Source: Ignavibacteriales bacterium (GTDB taxonomy: Bacteria; Bacillota; Sulfobacillia; JABLXB01). Taken from it: a DNA stretch of 64,000 nucleotides. The stretch spans positions 2,099-66,098 of the forward strand of contig JBLNBR010000008.1 of NCBI GenBank assembly GCA_050260105.1, in the 5' to 3' direction. This document shows, one piece after another, positions 1 through 9,079 of this stretch; the first letter of the stretch is position 1; each line of letters opens with the position of its first letter. The notes under the pieces were generated by a model. That model saw only the letters and a list, made by a program, of their open reading frames with translations. It did not search any database and was not told the DNA's origin. The position numbers and the translations under genes are program-made.

Positions 1-2
1 GC

Positions 3-2411
3 AGGCTTCAGCAGTATGCCTACGACTACGGACTGGAGACGCTGCGGTTTCCGAGGGACAGGATGGAACCCGAGCTGGACGACACCAACCCCTTCATTGT
101 AAGGGACCTCAGCAAGTGCATCCTTTGCGGGCGGTGTGTGACCGTATGCAACGACATCCAGGGTCAGGCCGCGATTGGGACGATAGGCAGGGGATTTGGA
201 AGCAAAGTGGGACCGGCGTGGGGAGAAGCCCTGGAGAATTCGCCTTGCGTGTTCTGCGGGAACTGCGTCCAGGTCTGCCCGGTTGGGGCCCTTACCCCCA
301 GACTGAGCGTCGGAGCGGGGCGGTCTTGGGAAATCAAGAAGGTAGTGACCACTTGTCCGTACTGCGGCACCGGGTGTCTCATCAACCTCCATGTTAAGGA
401 CGGCAAGGTAGTGGGCGCGTCCGGCGCCGAGGGGCCCGCGAACCACGGCTTCACGTGCGTGAAAGGCAGGTTCGGCTTTGACTTCGTACACCACCCCGAT
501 CGCCTCACTAAGCCGCTAATCAAGGAGAACGGCGAATTCAGGGAGGCAACCTGGAACGATGCTCTGGACCTCGTGAGTTCCAGATTGGGGTCTCTGATTC
601 GCGAGAGTGGTCCGGATGCGGTCGCTGCTTTCAGCTCGGCCAAATGCACCAATGAGGCCAATTACCTCATGCAGAAGTTCGCCCGGGCTACGCTCGGAAC
701 CAACAACGTCGATCACTGCGCCAGGCTATGCCATTCCTCGACGGTCGCGGGCCTCGCCATGGCTTTCGGCAGCGGCGCCATGACCAACTCCATCGGGGAG
801 ATAGCAGGGGCAAGCGCGGTGTTTGTAATAGGGTCCAACACCACCGAAAACCACCCGGTCATCGGCATACAGGTCAAAGAAGCCGTGAGAAGGGGCGCCA
901 AACTCATTGTGGCGGATCCCCGCCGGACCGAGCTGGCGGAGAAGGCCCACGTTTTCATGCAGCACCGGCCCGGCACCGACGTGGCCCTCTTGAATGGCAT
1001 GATGAATGTCATCATAGAGAGGGACCTGTATGACAGGGAATTCGTCGAGACGAGGACCGAGAAATTCGAGGCCCTGCGCGAGCGCATTGCGAAGTATACG
1101 CCCGAGTATGTCTCGGGGATCACTGGAGTTCCCGCCGATACCATAGTGGAGGCCGCGGTCGCCTATGCGACCGCTGAGGCGGCAAGCCTCATCTACTCGA
1201 TGGGCATAACGCAGCATTCCACCGGGACAGACAACGTGCTTTCGACCGCCAACCTTGCCATGCTCACCGGAAATGTTGGCAAGGAGAGTGCCGGAGTGAA
1301 TCCGCTTCGCGGGCAGAACAACGTTCAGGGCGCCTGCGACATGGGGGCCCTTCCCAACCTGATGCCGGGCTATCAGTCGGTCACAGTGCCCGAGGTTCGC
1401 GCCAAGTTCGAAAAGGCGTGGGGGCGCAAGATTTCGGAGAAGCCGGGTCTGACCGTGACCGAGGCCATCAACGCGGCTTATGACGGGAAGCTCAAGGGGC
1501 TGTACATCATGGGCGAGAACCCCATGGTATCCGACCCGGATCTCAACCACGTGGAAGCCGCCCTGAAGAAGCTGGACTTCCTGGTCGTTCAGGACATCTT
1601 CCTTACGGAGACTGCGAAACTCGCCGATGTGGTGCTGCCGGCCGCCAGCTTCGCCGAGCAGGACGGGACGTTCACCAGCACGGAGAGGCGTGTGCAGATG
1701 GTGAGGAAGGCAGTGAACGCTCCGGGTGAGGCCAAGTCCGACTGCGAGATAGTACAGGAGCTGTCCAACCGTATGGGTTACCCCATGAGCTATTCGTCAA
1801 CTGCCGAGGTGATGGCCGAGGTTGCCTCCCTGACCCCCATCTACGGCGGGATAACCCACGACAGGCTGGATGGCGAGGGTCTACAGTGGCCCTGCCCGTC
1901 AAAGGATCATCCGGGCACGCCCTACCTCCATAAGGGCAAGTTCTCACGCGGACTAGGGCTGTTCACCGCAATCGAGTACATTCCGCCGGCCGAACTGCCT
2001 GATGAAGAGTACCCGTTGACGCTGACGACAGGCCGTATGCTCTACCACTTCCACACAGGCTCTATGACCAGGAGGTCCAAGGGGCTCCATACCCATCGCC
2101 CCGAGGGATACATCGAGATTCCTCCCGAGACTGCCCAAGCCCTTGGCATCGCTGATGGGGAGATGGTCCTGGTGTCTTCGAGGCGTGGGAAGGTGCAGGT
2201 CAGGGCGATGGTGACTCCGCGGCCGGCGCCTGGCGTGGTGTTCATGCCGTTCCACTTCGCCGAAGCGGCGGCGAACGTGCTGACCAACGCGGCTCTCGAC
2301 CCGAAGGCCAAGATCCCGGAGTTCAAGGTGTGTGCGGTGAGGATCGACAAGATACCCGCGGGCGAAATACCTGTGTCCGGATGCCGCGGGGCGGCGGGGG
2401 CCGATAGGTGA
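3..2411 (+). CDS. fdhA: Formate dehydrogenase catalytic (alpha) subunit, molybdopterin oxidoreductase, Cys-type; 5' end lies outside the window
   Basis: The frame is open from nt 3 (…[24 protein letters not shown]…). Ferredoxin-type CxxCxxC motifs CILCGRC and [12 protein letters not shown], the MopB 4Fe-4S motif [17 protein letters not shown], and Mo-ligand motif ARLCHSST (Cys where FdhF has SeCys). No in-frame TGA. Confidence 0.9.
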   Translation, partial: RLQQYAYDYGLETLRFPRDRMEPELDDTNPFIVRDLSKCILCGRCVTVCNDIQGQAAIGTIGRGFGSKVGPAWGEALENSPCVFCGNCVQVCPVGALTPRLSVGAGRSWEIKKVVTTCPYCGTGCLINLHVKDGKVVGASGAEGPANHGFTCVKGRFGFDFVHHPDRLTKPLIKENGEFREATWNDALDLVSSRLGSLIRESGPDAVAAFSSAKCTNEANYLMQKFARATLGTNNVDHCARLCHSSTVAGLAMAFGSGAMTNSIGEIAGASAVFVIGSNTTENHPVIGIQVKEAVRRGAKLIVADPRRTELAEKAHVFMQHRPGTDVALLNGMMNVIIERDLYDREFVETRTEKFEALRERIAKYTPEYVSGITGVPADTIVEAAVAYATAEAASLIYSMGITQHSTGTDNVLSTANLAMLTGNVGKESAGVNPLRGQNNVQGACDMGALPNLMPGYQSVTVPEVRAKFEKAWGRKISEKPGLTVTEAINAAYDGKLKGLYIMGENPMVSDPDLNHVEAALKKLDFLVVQDIFLTETAKLADVVLPAASFAEQDGTFTSTERRVQMVRKAVNAPGEAKSDCEIVQELSNRMGYPMSYSSTAEVMAEVASLTPIYGGITHDRLDGEGLQWPCPSKDHPGTPYLHKGKFSRGLGLFTAIEYIPPAELPDEEYPLTLTTGRMLYHFHTGSMTRRSKGLHTHRPEGYIEIPPETAQALGIADGEMVLVSSRRGKVQVRAMVTPRPAPGVVFMPFHFAEAAANVLTNAALDPKAKIPEFKVCAVRIDKIPAGEIPVSGCRGAAGADR

Positions 2412-3808
2412 ATCTGAAGGATGTCACCGGTGTGGTCCTTGCCGGCGGGAAAAGCTCGAGAATGGGGTCGGACAAGGCATCCCTCGTCATCGACGGCAGG
2501 CCGATGATCGCGCGCGTCGTCGATGTCCTGAAGGAAGTCTTTGCCGATGTGATGATCGTGGGCAAAAACCCGGAGCGCTTCCAGGCGCCGGGTGTCAGGA
2601 CCATCGGGGATTCAATCACCGGGAGCGGGCCTCTCGTGGGGATATACAGCGCCCTGTCGGCGTGTGAGACGCCCTATTGCTTTGTCGTGGCGTGCGACAT
2701 GCCGTGCGCGAGGCCCGCCCTGGTGAGGTGGATGGTCGAAGAATGCGACGGATACGATGCCTTTGTGCCAAAGATAGGCCCGTATTTGGAGCCCCTGTTT
2801 GCCACATACTCCAAGAAGTGTCTGATTCCCATCAGGGACTGCCTGGAGAGGGGAGACTACCGGGTAAGGGGCATATTCCCCGAGATCAACATGGGCTACG
2901 CGGACGAAACCGGCATCCGGGCCATCGATCCCGATCTCGAGTCGTTCACGAACATCGATACCAGAGAGGACTTGAGGTCTCTGGTTGAGCCGAACCGCCG
3001 CCAGGATGGCGCGGTCTGCGATTGTGACTATGCGGCCATCGATGTTCGCAAGTTCACCGATGCAGGCAAGGACACCGAGGCGCTGCAGGACGCGCGCGAC
3101 ACCGTGGTGACAGAGGCCGACCTGACCCTCCTATACGGGGATGTCCGCGTGGAGATGCCTTCGTGTTCACCGTCTAACCTGGAGTATCTTGCCGTGGGGC
3201 GGCTGGTGACGCGCGGTTTCATAGGTCCTGACGATCGTGTGACTGCAGTGGAGATGGAGCGTCTTCCCCGGGGGAACGCCATCAGGGTGCGTACTGAGAG
3301 AGTGGATGGGTCCGCCAGTGATTCATCCGCTTCAGACCAGCGCAGGCCCGGACAGGGCGGGCCTGGACACGCGGTCCTGTTCTCCCCGGGGGCCATATGT
3401 GACGCCCTTGATGACCTCCTTCGCCGCTCCCGTCTATTCCAAATGACCGGCGCCGCCCACGCCGCCGCCCTGTGGGATGGCCGAGGGATACTCGTCTGGC
3501 ATGAAGACATCGGGCGCCACAATGCCGTTGACAAGGTAATCGGGCACTCGTTCCTCAATGGAATCAACCTTACCGACAAGATGCTTGTCCTGACCGGGAG
3601 GATTAACTCGGAGATCGTGGCCAAAGTCATCTCGGCTGGTATTCCGATAGTGGCGTCCAAGGCGCCTCCAACCGATCTGGGAGTGGCGGCCGCGTCACGC
3701 GCGGGGGTAACCGTCGTGGGCTTCGTCAGGGATCGCAGGATAACAGTGTATTCATGCCTGGAGAGGGTCGCAGGACGTCCCCAGGTTGCCAGCCAGGGGC
3801 GGGGATAG
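2408..3808 (+). CDS. fdhD: Fusion protein: MobA-like molybdenum cofactor guanylyltransferase (N-terminus) plus FdhD formate dehydrogenase accessory sulfurtransferase (C-terminus)
   Basis: The N-terminus [16 protein letters not shown] is the MobA nucleotidyltransferase motif. The C-terminal half has [15 protein letters not shown] (FdhD GRHNAxDK motif). The GTG start overlaps the fdhA stop (GTGA). Confidence 0.8.
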   Translation: MNLKDVTGVVLAGGKSSRMGSDKASLVIDGRPMIARVVDVLKEVFADVMIVGKNPERFQAPGVRTIGDSITGSGPLVGIYSALSACETPYCFVVACDMPCARPALVRWMVEECDGYDAFVPKIGPYLEPLFATYSKKCLIPIRDCLERGDYRVRGIFPEINMGYADETGIRAIDPDLESFTNIDTREDLRSLVEPNRRQDGAVCDCDYAAIDVRKFTDAGKDTEALQDARDTVVTEADLTLLYGDVRVEMPSCSPSNLEYLAVGRLVTRGFIGPDDRVTAVEMERLPRGNAIRVRTERVDGSASDSSASDQRRPGQGGPGHAVLFSPGAICDALDDLLRRSRLFQMTGAAHAAALWDGRGILVWHEDIGRHNAVDKVIGHSFLNGINLTDKMLVLTGRINSEIVAKVISAGIPIVASKAPPTDLGVAAASRAGVTVVGFVRDRRITVYSCLERVAGRPQVASQGRG

Positions 3809-3858
3809 TCTAGACTGGAGATACCCCGGCTTAGTGGACACCGTCAGGTATTGATTTC

Positions 3859-3885
3859 GGGCCCGGAAACAACTGACCCGGGCCC
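3859..3885. terminator. GC-rich hairpin between convergent fdhD and focA (GGGCCCGG-loop-CCGGGCCC), likely a bidirectional terminator
   Basis: An 8-bp perfect inverted repeat with an 11-nt loop in the 98-bp convergent intergenic region. Confidence 0.45.
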
Positions 3886-3906
3886 CTCGTGTCGCTGGGG
3901 AAATAT

Positions 3907-4788
3907 TCAGCGTGGTGTGGCTGCCGAGCCGGAGGCGCTCGTGGTAGCCGGGGTGGACGCGCCCCGTAGGTACGCGAACCAGTAGAATCCACCCACGAAC
4001 AAGGCCCCTCCCACGATGTTACCTATTGTTACGGGGATCAGGTTCCGAGTGAACAACGCGACCCAGTTCAGGTTGTTTACTTTGCCGGCGAGCCCGGAGG
4101 CCGTAACCACGTCCGGTACCCCGGAGAGTGCGATGCCCACAGGTATGAAGTACATGTTCGCGACGCTGTGCTCGAACCCGCATGCCACGAATCCCATTAT
4201 CGGCAGGAACAATGCGGATATCTTACCCACCACGTCCTTCGCTGCGAGTGTTGCCCACACGGCAAGACAGACCATCCAGTTGCACAAGACCCCGCGCGCG
4301 AAGGCTGCCTGCCAGGTCAGCGTTACCTTCGCGTTCGCGGTCGCGAGGGCCTTTGCCCCAACGAGGAAGCTGTTTGAAGCCCACTGGCCGCTTTGTAGGG
4401 CGAGCCACGCCACCAGCAGCGATCCGACGAAGTTCCCGATGTAGACGATCGCCCAGGCGTACAGTACCCTCGACCAGGATACCTTGTCGTCGAGAGCCGC
4501 CACGGCGAGCATCATGTTGTTCCCCGTAAACAGCTCCGCACCGGCCACTATGACGAGAGCGAGCCCCACGGTGAACACGGAGCCCGTGATAAACTGGGAA
4601 AACCCGTATCCGAAGTACTTGCTCATGTCATTCGACACGACGGTCGCGAGGTTTCCCGCCAGTGCTATATAGGCCCCGGCAAGTATAGCGAGGGCCAGCA
4701 TCCTGGCGGCAGGGAGATTTGCCTTCTTCTGGCCAGCGGCGGATGCCGCCTGAGCCATTTCAGCCGGACTCAGCATGTTCATCGACAA
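3907..4788 (-). CDS. focA: Formate/nitrite transporter family channel (FocA/NirC-like)
   Basis: FNT signature AGAELFTGNNMM, a polytopic hydrophobic profile, and a position adjacent to fdhA-fdhD. Confidence 0.85.
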   Translation of the reverse strand: MSMNMLSPAEMAQAASAAGQKKANLPAARMLALAILAGAYIALAGNLATVVSNDMSKYFGYGFSQFITGSVFTVGLALVIVAGAELFTGNNMMLAVAALDDKVSWSRVLYAWAIVYIGNFVGSLLVAWLALQSGQWASNSFLVGAKALATANAKVTLTWQAAFARGVLCNWMVCLAVWATLAAKDVVGKISALFLPIMGFVACGFEHSVANMYFIPVGIALSGVPDVVTASGLAGKVNNLNWVALFTRNLIPVTIGNIVGGALFVGGFYWFAYLRGASTPATTSASGSAATPR

Positions 4789-5006
4789 ATGACCTCCTTG
4801 GGTGCACCTCTGAGTGTTATGGGGCTTCAGTTGTTAGTTCGCTCAGAGCCGCGCCTATCCTGCTCTGGCCCTCCCATTACCTCAGAATCAAGGGGGTGGC
4901 CTGTCAGTGGCCTTTTGCGGCTGACGCAAGACACCGGGACCAGGCACGTTTGGCGGCGCGGTCTCCGGGTCATGATAACCCCAGAAGGCAATTGGAGGTG
5001 CACAGC

Positions 5007-5198
5007 GTGCATAGACATACTGACCCGGTGTGCCATATGGAGGTCGACCCTGACAAGGCTGCAGGAGAGGCCGAGCATCAGGGGAAGAAGTATTACTTCT
5101 GTTCGCCCAGGTGCAGGGAGACGTTCGAAAGGGAGCCGGCGAAATACACGGGTGGCGACATGAGCCGGGAAGGGCGTGGAGGTCGCTGCGGAAGTTGA
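5007..5198 (+). CDS. Small YHS/TRASH-type metal-binding domain protein (alternative start ATG 5037)
   Basis: PVCHMEVDPDKA…KKYYFCSPRCRETFEREPAKY matches the YHS domain pattern (C-H-M…Y-F-C-S…C). GGAGGTG RBS at 4994-5000, 6 nt before the GTG. Confidence 0.5.
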   Translation: MHRHTDPVCHMEVDPDKAAGEAEHQGKKYYFCSPRCRETFEREPAKYTGGDMSREGRGGRCGS

Positions 5199-5237
5199 CG
5201 GTCCGGGGAAGGCCACCTCAATTTGATGAATGAGCAT

Positions 5238-5268
5238 GAAGGACCCCGCCGGCAGGGCGGGGTCCTTC
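5238..5268. terminator. Strong intrinsic terminator-like hairpin (13-bp perfect stem GAAGGACCCCGCC/GGCGGGGTCCTTC, loop GGCAG)
   Basis: Perfect inverted repeat read directly. Located 40 nt after the YHS gene stop. Confidence 0.6.
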
Positions 5269-5270
5269 AT

Positions 5271-5296
5271 TACACAATCCAGGTACACAATCCAGG
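5271..5296 (+). repeat. Tandem direct repeat 2 x 13 bp (TACACAATCCAGG) in the leader of the polysaccharide operon
   Basis: Exact tandem copies read directly, immediately after the terminator hairpin. A TTGCAC-N17-TATCTT promoter-like element follows at about 5343-5371. Confidence 0.6.
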
Positions 5297-5592
5297 TCTC
5301 CGGAGGACATTATGTTGCCCGTCATCATCCTCCCTCGTAGAGTGGCGATTTACCCGAAAACCCCCTGACCTATTGCACGATTTTGGGTAACGTGTTATCT
5401 TATAGGAGGTCACTTTCCAGTAAACAACATCCACCTCAAGACATAGGGATATCCGGGAGACCGCGTCATAGCGCTAGCCGTTCCATGCGTAGCGCTTGTG
5501 GTGTTTGGGGTTCTCCCGATTTGACGTGTTCTGGATCGCGTGGCAAGTCATCGGGGGGCGCGGGTCAACAGTTGTCATCGAATTTGCGGGTC

Positions 5593-7341
5593 ATGATGAC
5601 AACAGAAGGGACATATCCATTTCACCTTGGCGGAGTAAGCACGTGGTGCGATGCCCTGACGAAGGGCGTTCCGGCCGTGGATTTCATTCTCTATGCCATC
5701 CTCATGAACCCGTTCGTGACTCAGAAGTTCAGGACGTCCCCCAACGTGAAGGAACTGATAAAGGTACCCCTGTGGGGAACCGAGGAGCCCAGCGAGCACC
5801 TGACGCACATCCCGTTCTCTTCGGTCTATCTTGCCAAGCGCCGTACCGGCGAGGCAGTCATCAGGTCCGACTTCGTCCCGCTATTCGAAGGGCTGGTGCG
5901 GCAGCTGACGGCGGACGAAGGGCGGAGCGTTCCGGCGGTGGCCAGGACCCTATTCGAGATGTACAAGTATTTCAGACAGTACGACTACCAGACAACCTTC
6001 AAGTCACCCAGCGTGTGGGAGACTTTCAAGAGAGTCACACTCGAGGAAGTGGGCAGACTCGGTCGCAGGGACACGATCCCTACCCTGTTCGACCTGACGG
6101 AGAGCCTTGGATGGCTTTACAGGTTCTTCACCATCTTGAACACGCCGCTGCCAAAGGTGCATGTGACCCATTCAGCAGCCGCGGCGTTCTGCGGGATACC
6201 CTGTGTGATTTCGAAGCTCGAGAACAAGACGCCATACCTCCTGAGCGAGCACGGGATCTACCTGAGGGAGCAGTACATAGGCACGGCGCGGATGAGGCTG
6301 TCGATGTACTCGAGGAGATTCCTGCTCAACCTTGTGACGACGGTTGCACAGCTCAGCTATGAGTTTGCGGACCAGGTATCGCCTGTGTGCCAGTTCAATA
6401 CCCGCTGGGAACGCCGGATGGGAGTGCCGGAAGGCAGAATCAGAGTAGTCTACAACGGCGTCGATCCCGGGATCTACGCGCCAGCGCCGGATAAAGCCCA
6501 GGTGAGGCGCCCGCCGACGGTGGTGTGCGTTGCCCGAATAGACCCGATCAAGGACATGGAGACGCTCATTCGAACGGCGGCCCTGGTAAGACAGGCTGTG
6601 CCGGGTGTCAAGTTCGTCGTGTACGGCGCTCCCAGCTCGCAGTCGTATTTCGAGCGCTGCTACAAGTTAAGGTCGGAACTGGCCCTGGACGAGGTCTTCA
6701 TATTCGCGGGCCACACGAACGATGTGGCCGCCGCGTTCCGCACGGCGGACGTGGTCGCCCTGTCGAGCATATCGGAGGGCTTTCCGTACAGCGTAGTCGA
6801 GGCGATGATGTCGGGGAAGCCCATCGTGGCGACCGACGTCGGAGGGGTTCGTGAAGCGGTTGAGGGCTGCGGGTTTGTCGTGCCACCCCGGTCGCCGGAC
6901 AAGATGGCCACAGCCCTGGTGAAGTTGCTCGACGACGAACAGTTGAGGGCGGCGCTCGGGAAGCGGGCCAGGGAGAAGTCGCTGGAGTCGTTCACCATCG
7001 CCCGGCTGGTCAGCGAGTACCTGGATTCGTACGTCAGACTCCACGAGGGCGCGCTGCGTCGCTCGGCTGCCGCCAGCCGGAACAGGCAGGCGCTGTTCAC
7101 CGAGCGCGGCCTGGCGTTCATGGAGGCGGAGATGTGGCTCGAGGCTGTTGAACAGTTCAGGAGGGCCGTGGACGCCAATCCGTCGAGCCCTGCGGTTCCC
7201 GTCATACTCACGGAGATTGCTCAAGCATACAACAGTATGGGTCGCGTAGACCTTGCTCTCGTGGAGCTTCAGAAGGCGGAAATCCACGCGGAGATGGTGC
7301 TCGGGTTAACGTCCCCACTTGAACGGGCGGCAAACGGGTAG
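5593..7341 (+). CDS. PelF-like family 4 glycosyltransferase (DUF3492-type N-terminus) with C-terminal TPR-like tail
   Basis: N-terminus MMTTEGTYPFHLGGVSTW resembles the EGTYPYV.GGVSSW DUF3492 signature of PelF-type GT4s. The GT4 C-domain motif is EGFPYSVVEAMMSGKPIVATDVGG. TPR-like helices are at the C-terminus. The ORF-track start at 5383 is probably leader; TTG 5584 is an alternative start. Confidence 0.8.
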   Translation: MMTTEGTYPFHLGGVSTWCDALTKGVPAVDFILYAILMNPFVTQKFRTSPNVKELIKVPLWGTEEPSEHLTHIPFSSVYLAKRRTGEAVIRSDFVPLFEGLVRQLTADEGRSVPAVARTLFEMYKYFRQYDYQTTFKSPSVWETFKRVTLEEVGRLGRRDTIPTLFDLTESLGWLYRFFTILNTPLPKVHVTHSAAAAFCGIPCVISKLENKTPYLLSEHGIYLREQYIGTARMRLSMYSRRFLLNLVTTVAQLSYEFADQVSPVCQFNTRWERRMGVPEGRIRVVYNGVDPGIYAPAPDKAQVRRPPTVVCVARIDPIKDMETLIRTAALVRQAVPGVKFVVYGAPSSQSYFERCYKLRSELALDEVFIFAGHTNDVAAAFRTADVVALSSISEGFPYSVVEAMMSGKPIVATDVGGVREAVEGCGFVVPPRSPDKMATALVKLLDDEQLRAALGKRAREKSLESFTIARLVSEYLDSYVRLHEGALRRSAAASRNRQALFTERGLAFMEAEMWLEAVEQFRRAVDANPSSPAVPVILTEIAQAYNSMGRVDLALVELQKAEIHAEMVLGLTSPLERAANG

Positions 7342-7361
7342 CGACAAAGGTGGATTGAGCG

Positions 7362-7853
7362 ATGGGCAAGAAGTTCCCCAGGTCTCTGTGGGGTTACAGG
7401 CCTTCCGCCGTCGACGAGCATCTCGGATCCATTGCCCGGGACGCCGAGGAGAAGGCCAGGCAGCTGCGTGAGGAAACCGAACGGGCCCTTGAAGCCAACC
7501 GGGGTCTCAAGGAACAGGTGGAAATCGTTCAGAAGGAGATAGAGGGCTACAAAGAAAAGGAGCGCGCGGTTGCGCAGGCCATAATAGCTGCTCAACTCCG
7601 GGCGAGCAGTATCGAGGAAGAGGCCAGGAAAGTGGTGGAGGAACAGAAGCAGCGCGTGATCGCCGAGATCGCCGCGAAGCGGGTTGAGATGAACAGGGTG
7701 CGTGCTGAATTGGAGCGGTTCCGCCAGGCGTTTTCGCAGATGCTGGCCGCGATCGACGAGTCTCTGAAATCGGCGCCGCCTGTGGATATCGGCGATGTCG
7801 AGGTCTCTCTGGAGAAGGATTCAGTGGCTGACCGGACGGGAGGGTTTTCGTGA
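7362..7853 (+). CDS. DivIVA-domain coiled-coil protein
   Basis: The N-terminus FPRSLWGYRPSAVDEHL fits the DivIVA N-terminal domain pattern (F…GY…VD..L), followed by a long charged coiled coil. Confidence 0.65.
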   Translation: MGKKFPRSLWGYRPSAVDEHLGSIARDAEEKARQLREETERALEANRGLKEQVEIVQKEIEGYKEKERAVAQAIIAAQLRASSIEEEARKVVEEQKQRVIAEIAAKRVEMNRVRAELERFRQAFSQMLAAIDESLKSAPPVDIGDVEVSLEKDSVADRTGGFS

Positions 7854-9055
7854 AGTCCGCTCTTCCGAGACGGATCCTTGGATACAGAATAGGTGTTGTG
7901 GACGCTCACATCGAGATGGCCGAGCGCGAGTCCGCGGCCCTTGTGTCGCGCGCCCGTGATGACCTTCGTTTTGCCCTCGACGAGCAGGCCGCGTTGACCG
8001 AGCGTTTGTCTGAAAGGCGCAATGAGCTCTCATTGTACGCCGGTCGGAGCCGGTTCTACGAGAAGGCTATGCAGAAGGCCCTCGCCACCGCCGACTACCT
8101 TGTGGAGACTGCGAAGTACAGGGCCGAAACCATGGTGGCGGAGGGCGAGGAGTACGCCGGGGAGCAAAGGCTGCGCCTCATAGAACTCGACAGGGAGATA
8201 GCGGGCGCCCGCCGGGAGATCGAGATGATGCGGCAGGGCGTTAAGCAACTGATGGAGTCCCGTTCCGCCGTAATGCAACACGCGCGATCCTCCAAAGTTG
8301 CCGGCCACATACTGGAAGCGTCCGGCAGAAACGCGCCTTTCACGGCCACCACGTCGAGCGGCTTCCTGGAAGTGGACGTGAGCATTCAGGCGGTCAGGGT
8401 TGTGTCCCAGGACGGAGAGGAGATAGGACGCGTCCGGAGCCTGGTTCTGGACAAAACGAAGGACAGGGTATGCGGCTATGAAATTGAGCCGCAAGGCCCC
8501 GAGTCTCCCCTGAAGTCTCCGGCGATAGTCCCGTCGAGCGCTGTGATCGCGGTGAAGCGCGACGCACTCCTCGTGCACAGCAGCTGGGTGAGAGAACTCA
8601 GGCGTGTTCCCGCCCCCGCCGAGATGGAATCGCAGGTGCCTTCCTCAGAGACGCGGTCGAACCCCGTGGAGCCGAGGATCGGGGTCGATCTGCTCGAAAG
8701 GATTCGCGCAACCGTTCCGTCCGTGTCGCCTGCCGCAGTGCCTGCAATCGCCGGCCTTGCCGGTGGAACCAGTTCACCGGCCGCATCAACCCAGGTTGTG
8801 GCGGCTGAACCGGCCCCGGCGCCCGAAAGCGAGGCGGTGTCTCAGATCGGCTCACGGCGCATGAAGTATCTGGTCGGCAGGATCTCCGGCACCGATATTC
8901 GTGATCCGGACGGCGCACTGATCGTGGCCAAAGGCGGCACCATCACGGCCGAGATCGTGGACCGGGCAAGGTCCGCGGGCAAACTCGCGGAGCTGATCGT
9001 GAACATGACAATCCCGGGCCTCAACCCCGATGGAGAGTCTACCAGCGACTCATAG
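7850..9055 (+). CDS. DivIVA-domain protein with extended C-terminal region (two beta-rich repeats plus a Pro/Ala/Ser linker)
   Basis: N-terminus RRILGYRIGVVDAHI is DivIVA-like, then coiled coil. The C-terminus has two related segments: VRVVSQDGEEIGRVRSLVLDK and YLVGRISGTDIRDPDGALIVAKGGTIT. Overlaps upstream gene by 4 nt. Confidence 0.6.
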   Translation: MKSALPRRILGYRIGVVDAHIEMAERESAALVSRARDDLRFALDEQAALTERLSERRNELSLYAGRSRFYEKAMQKALATADYLVETAKYRAETMVAEGEEYAGEQRLRLIELDREIAGARREIEMMRQGVKQLMESRSAVMQHARSSKVAGHILEASGRNAPFTATTSSGFLEVDVSIQAVRVVSQDGEEIGRVRSLVLDKTKDRVCGYEIEPQGPESPLKSPAIVPSSAVIAVKRDALLVHSSWVRELRRVPAPAEMESQVPSSETRSNPVEPRIGVDLLERIRATVPSVSPAAVPAIAGLAGGTSSPAASTQVVAAEPAPAPESEAVSQIGSRRMKYLVGRISGTDIRDPDGALIVAKGGTITAEIVDRARSAGKLAELIVNMTIPGLNPDGESTSDS

Positions 9056-9079
9056 GTCTGGCTTGTTGGAGAGGCTGAA

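Noticed and set aside
116-2350. Numerous 60-270-aa ORFs on both strands inside fdhA (e.g. 116-397, 164-661, 726-1550).
   Set aside because: They are fully nested in a gene with unmistakable formate dehydrogenase motifs. Long antisense ORFs are expected artefacts of >60% GC.
63-2411. Possibility that fdhA is a selenoprotein or that it starts at the ATG at 63.
   Set aside because: The active-site position reads ARLCHSST with a Cys codon and no in-frame TGA. The reading frame is open back to nt 3, so the gene is simply truncated by the window.
5383-5592. N-terminal 70-aa extension of the GT4 ORF (MGNVLSYRR…).
   Set aside because: The region is low-complexity, contains the leader hairpin and repeats, and the conserved DUF3492-like N-terminus begins at MMTTEGTYPF (5593). 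The ATG at 5383 lies inside a promoter-like/RBS-like element.
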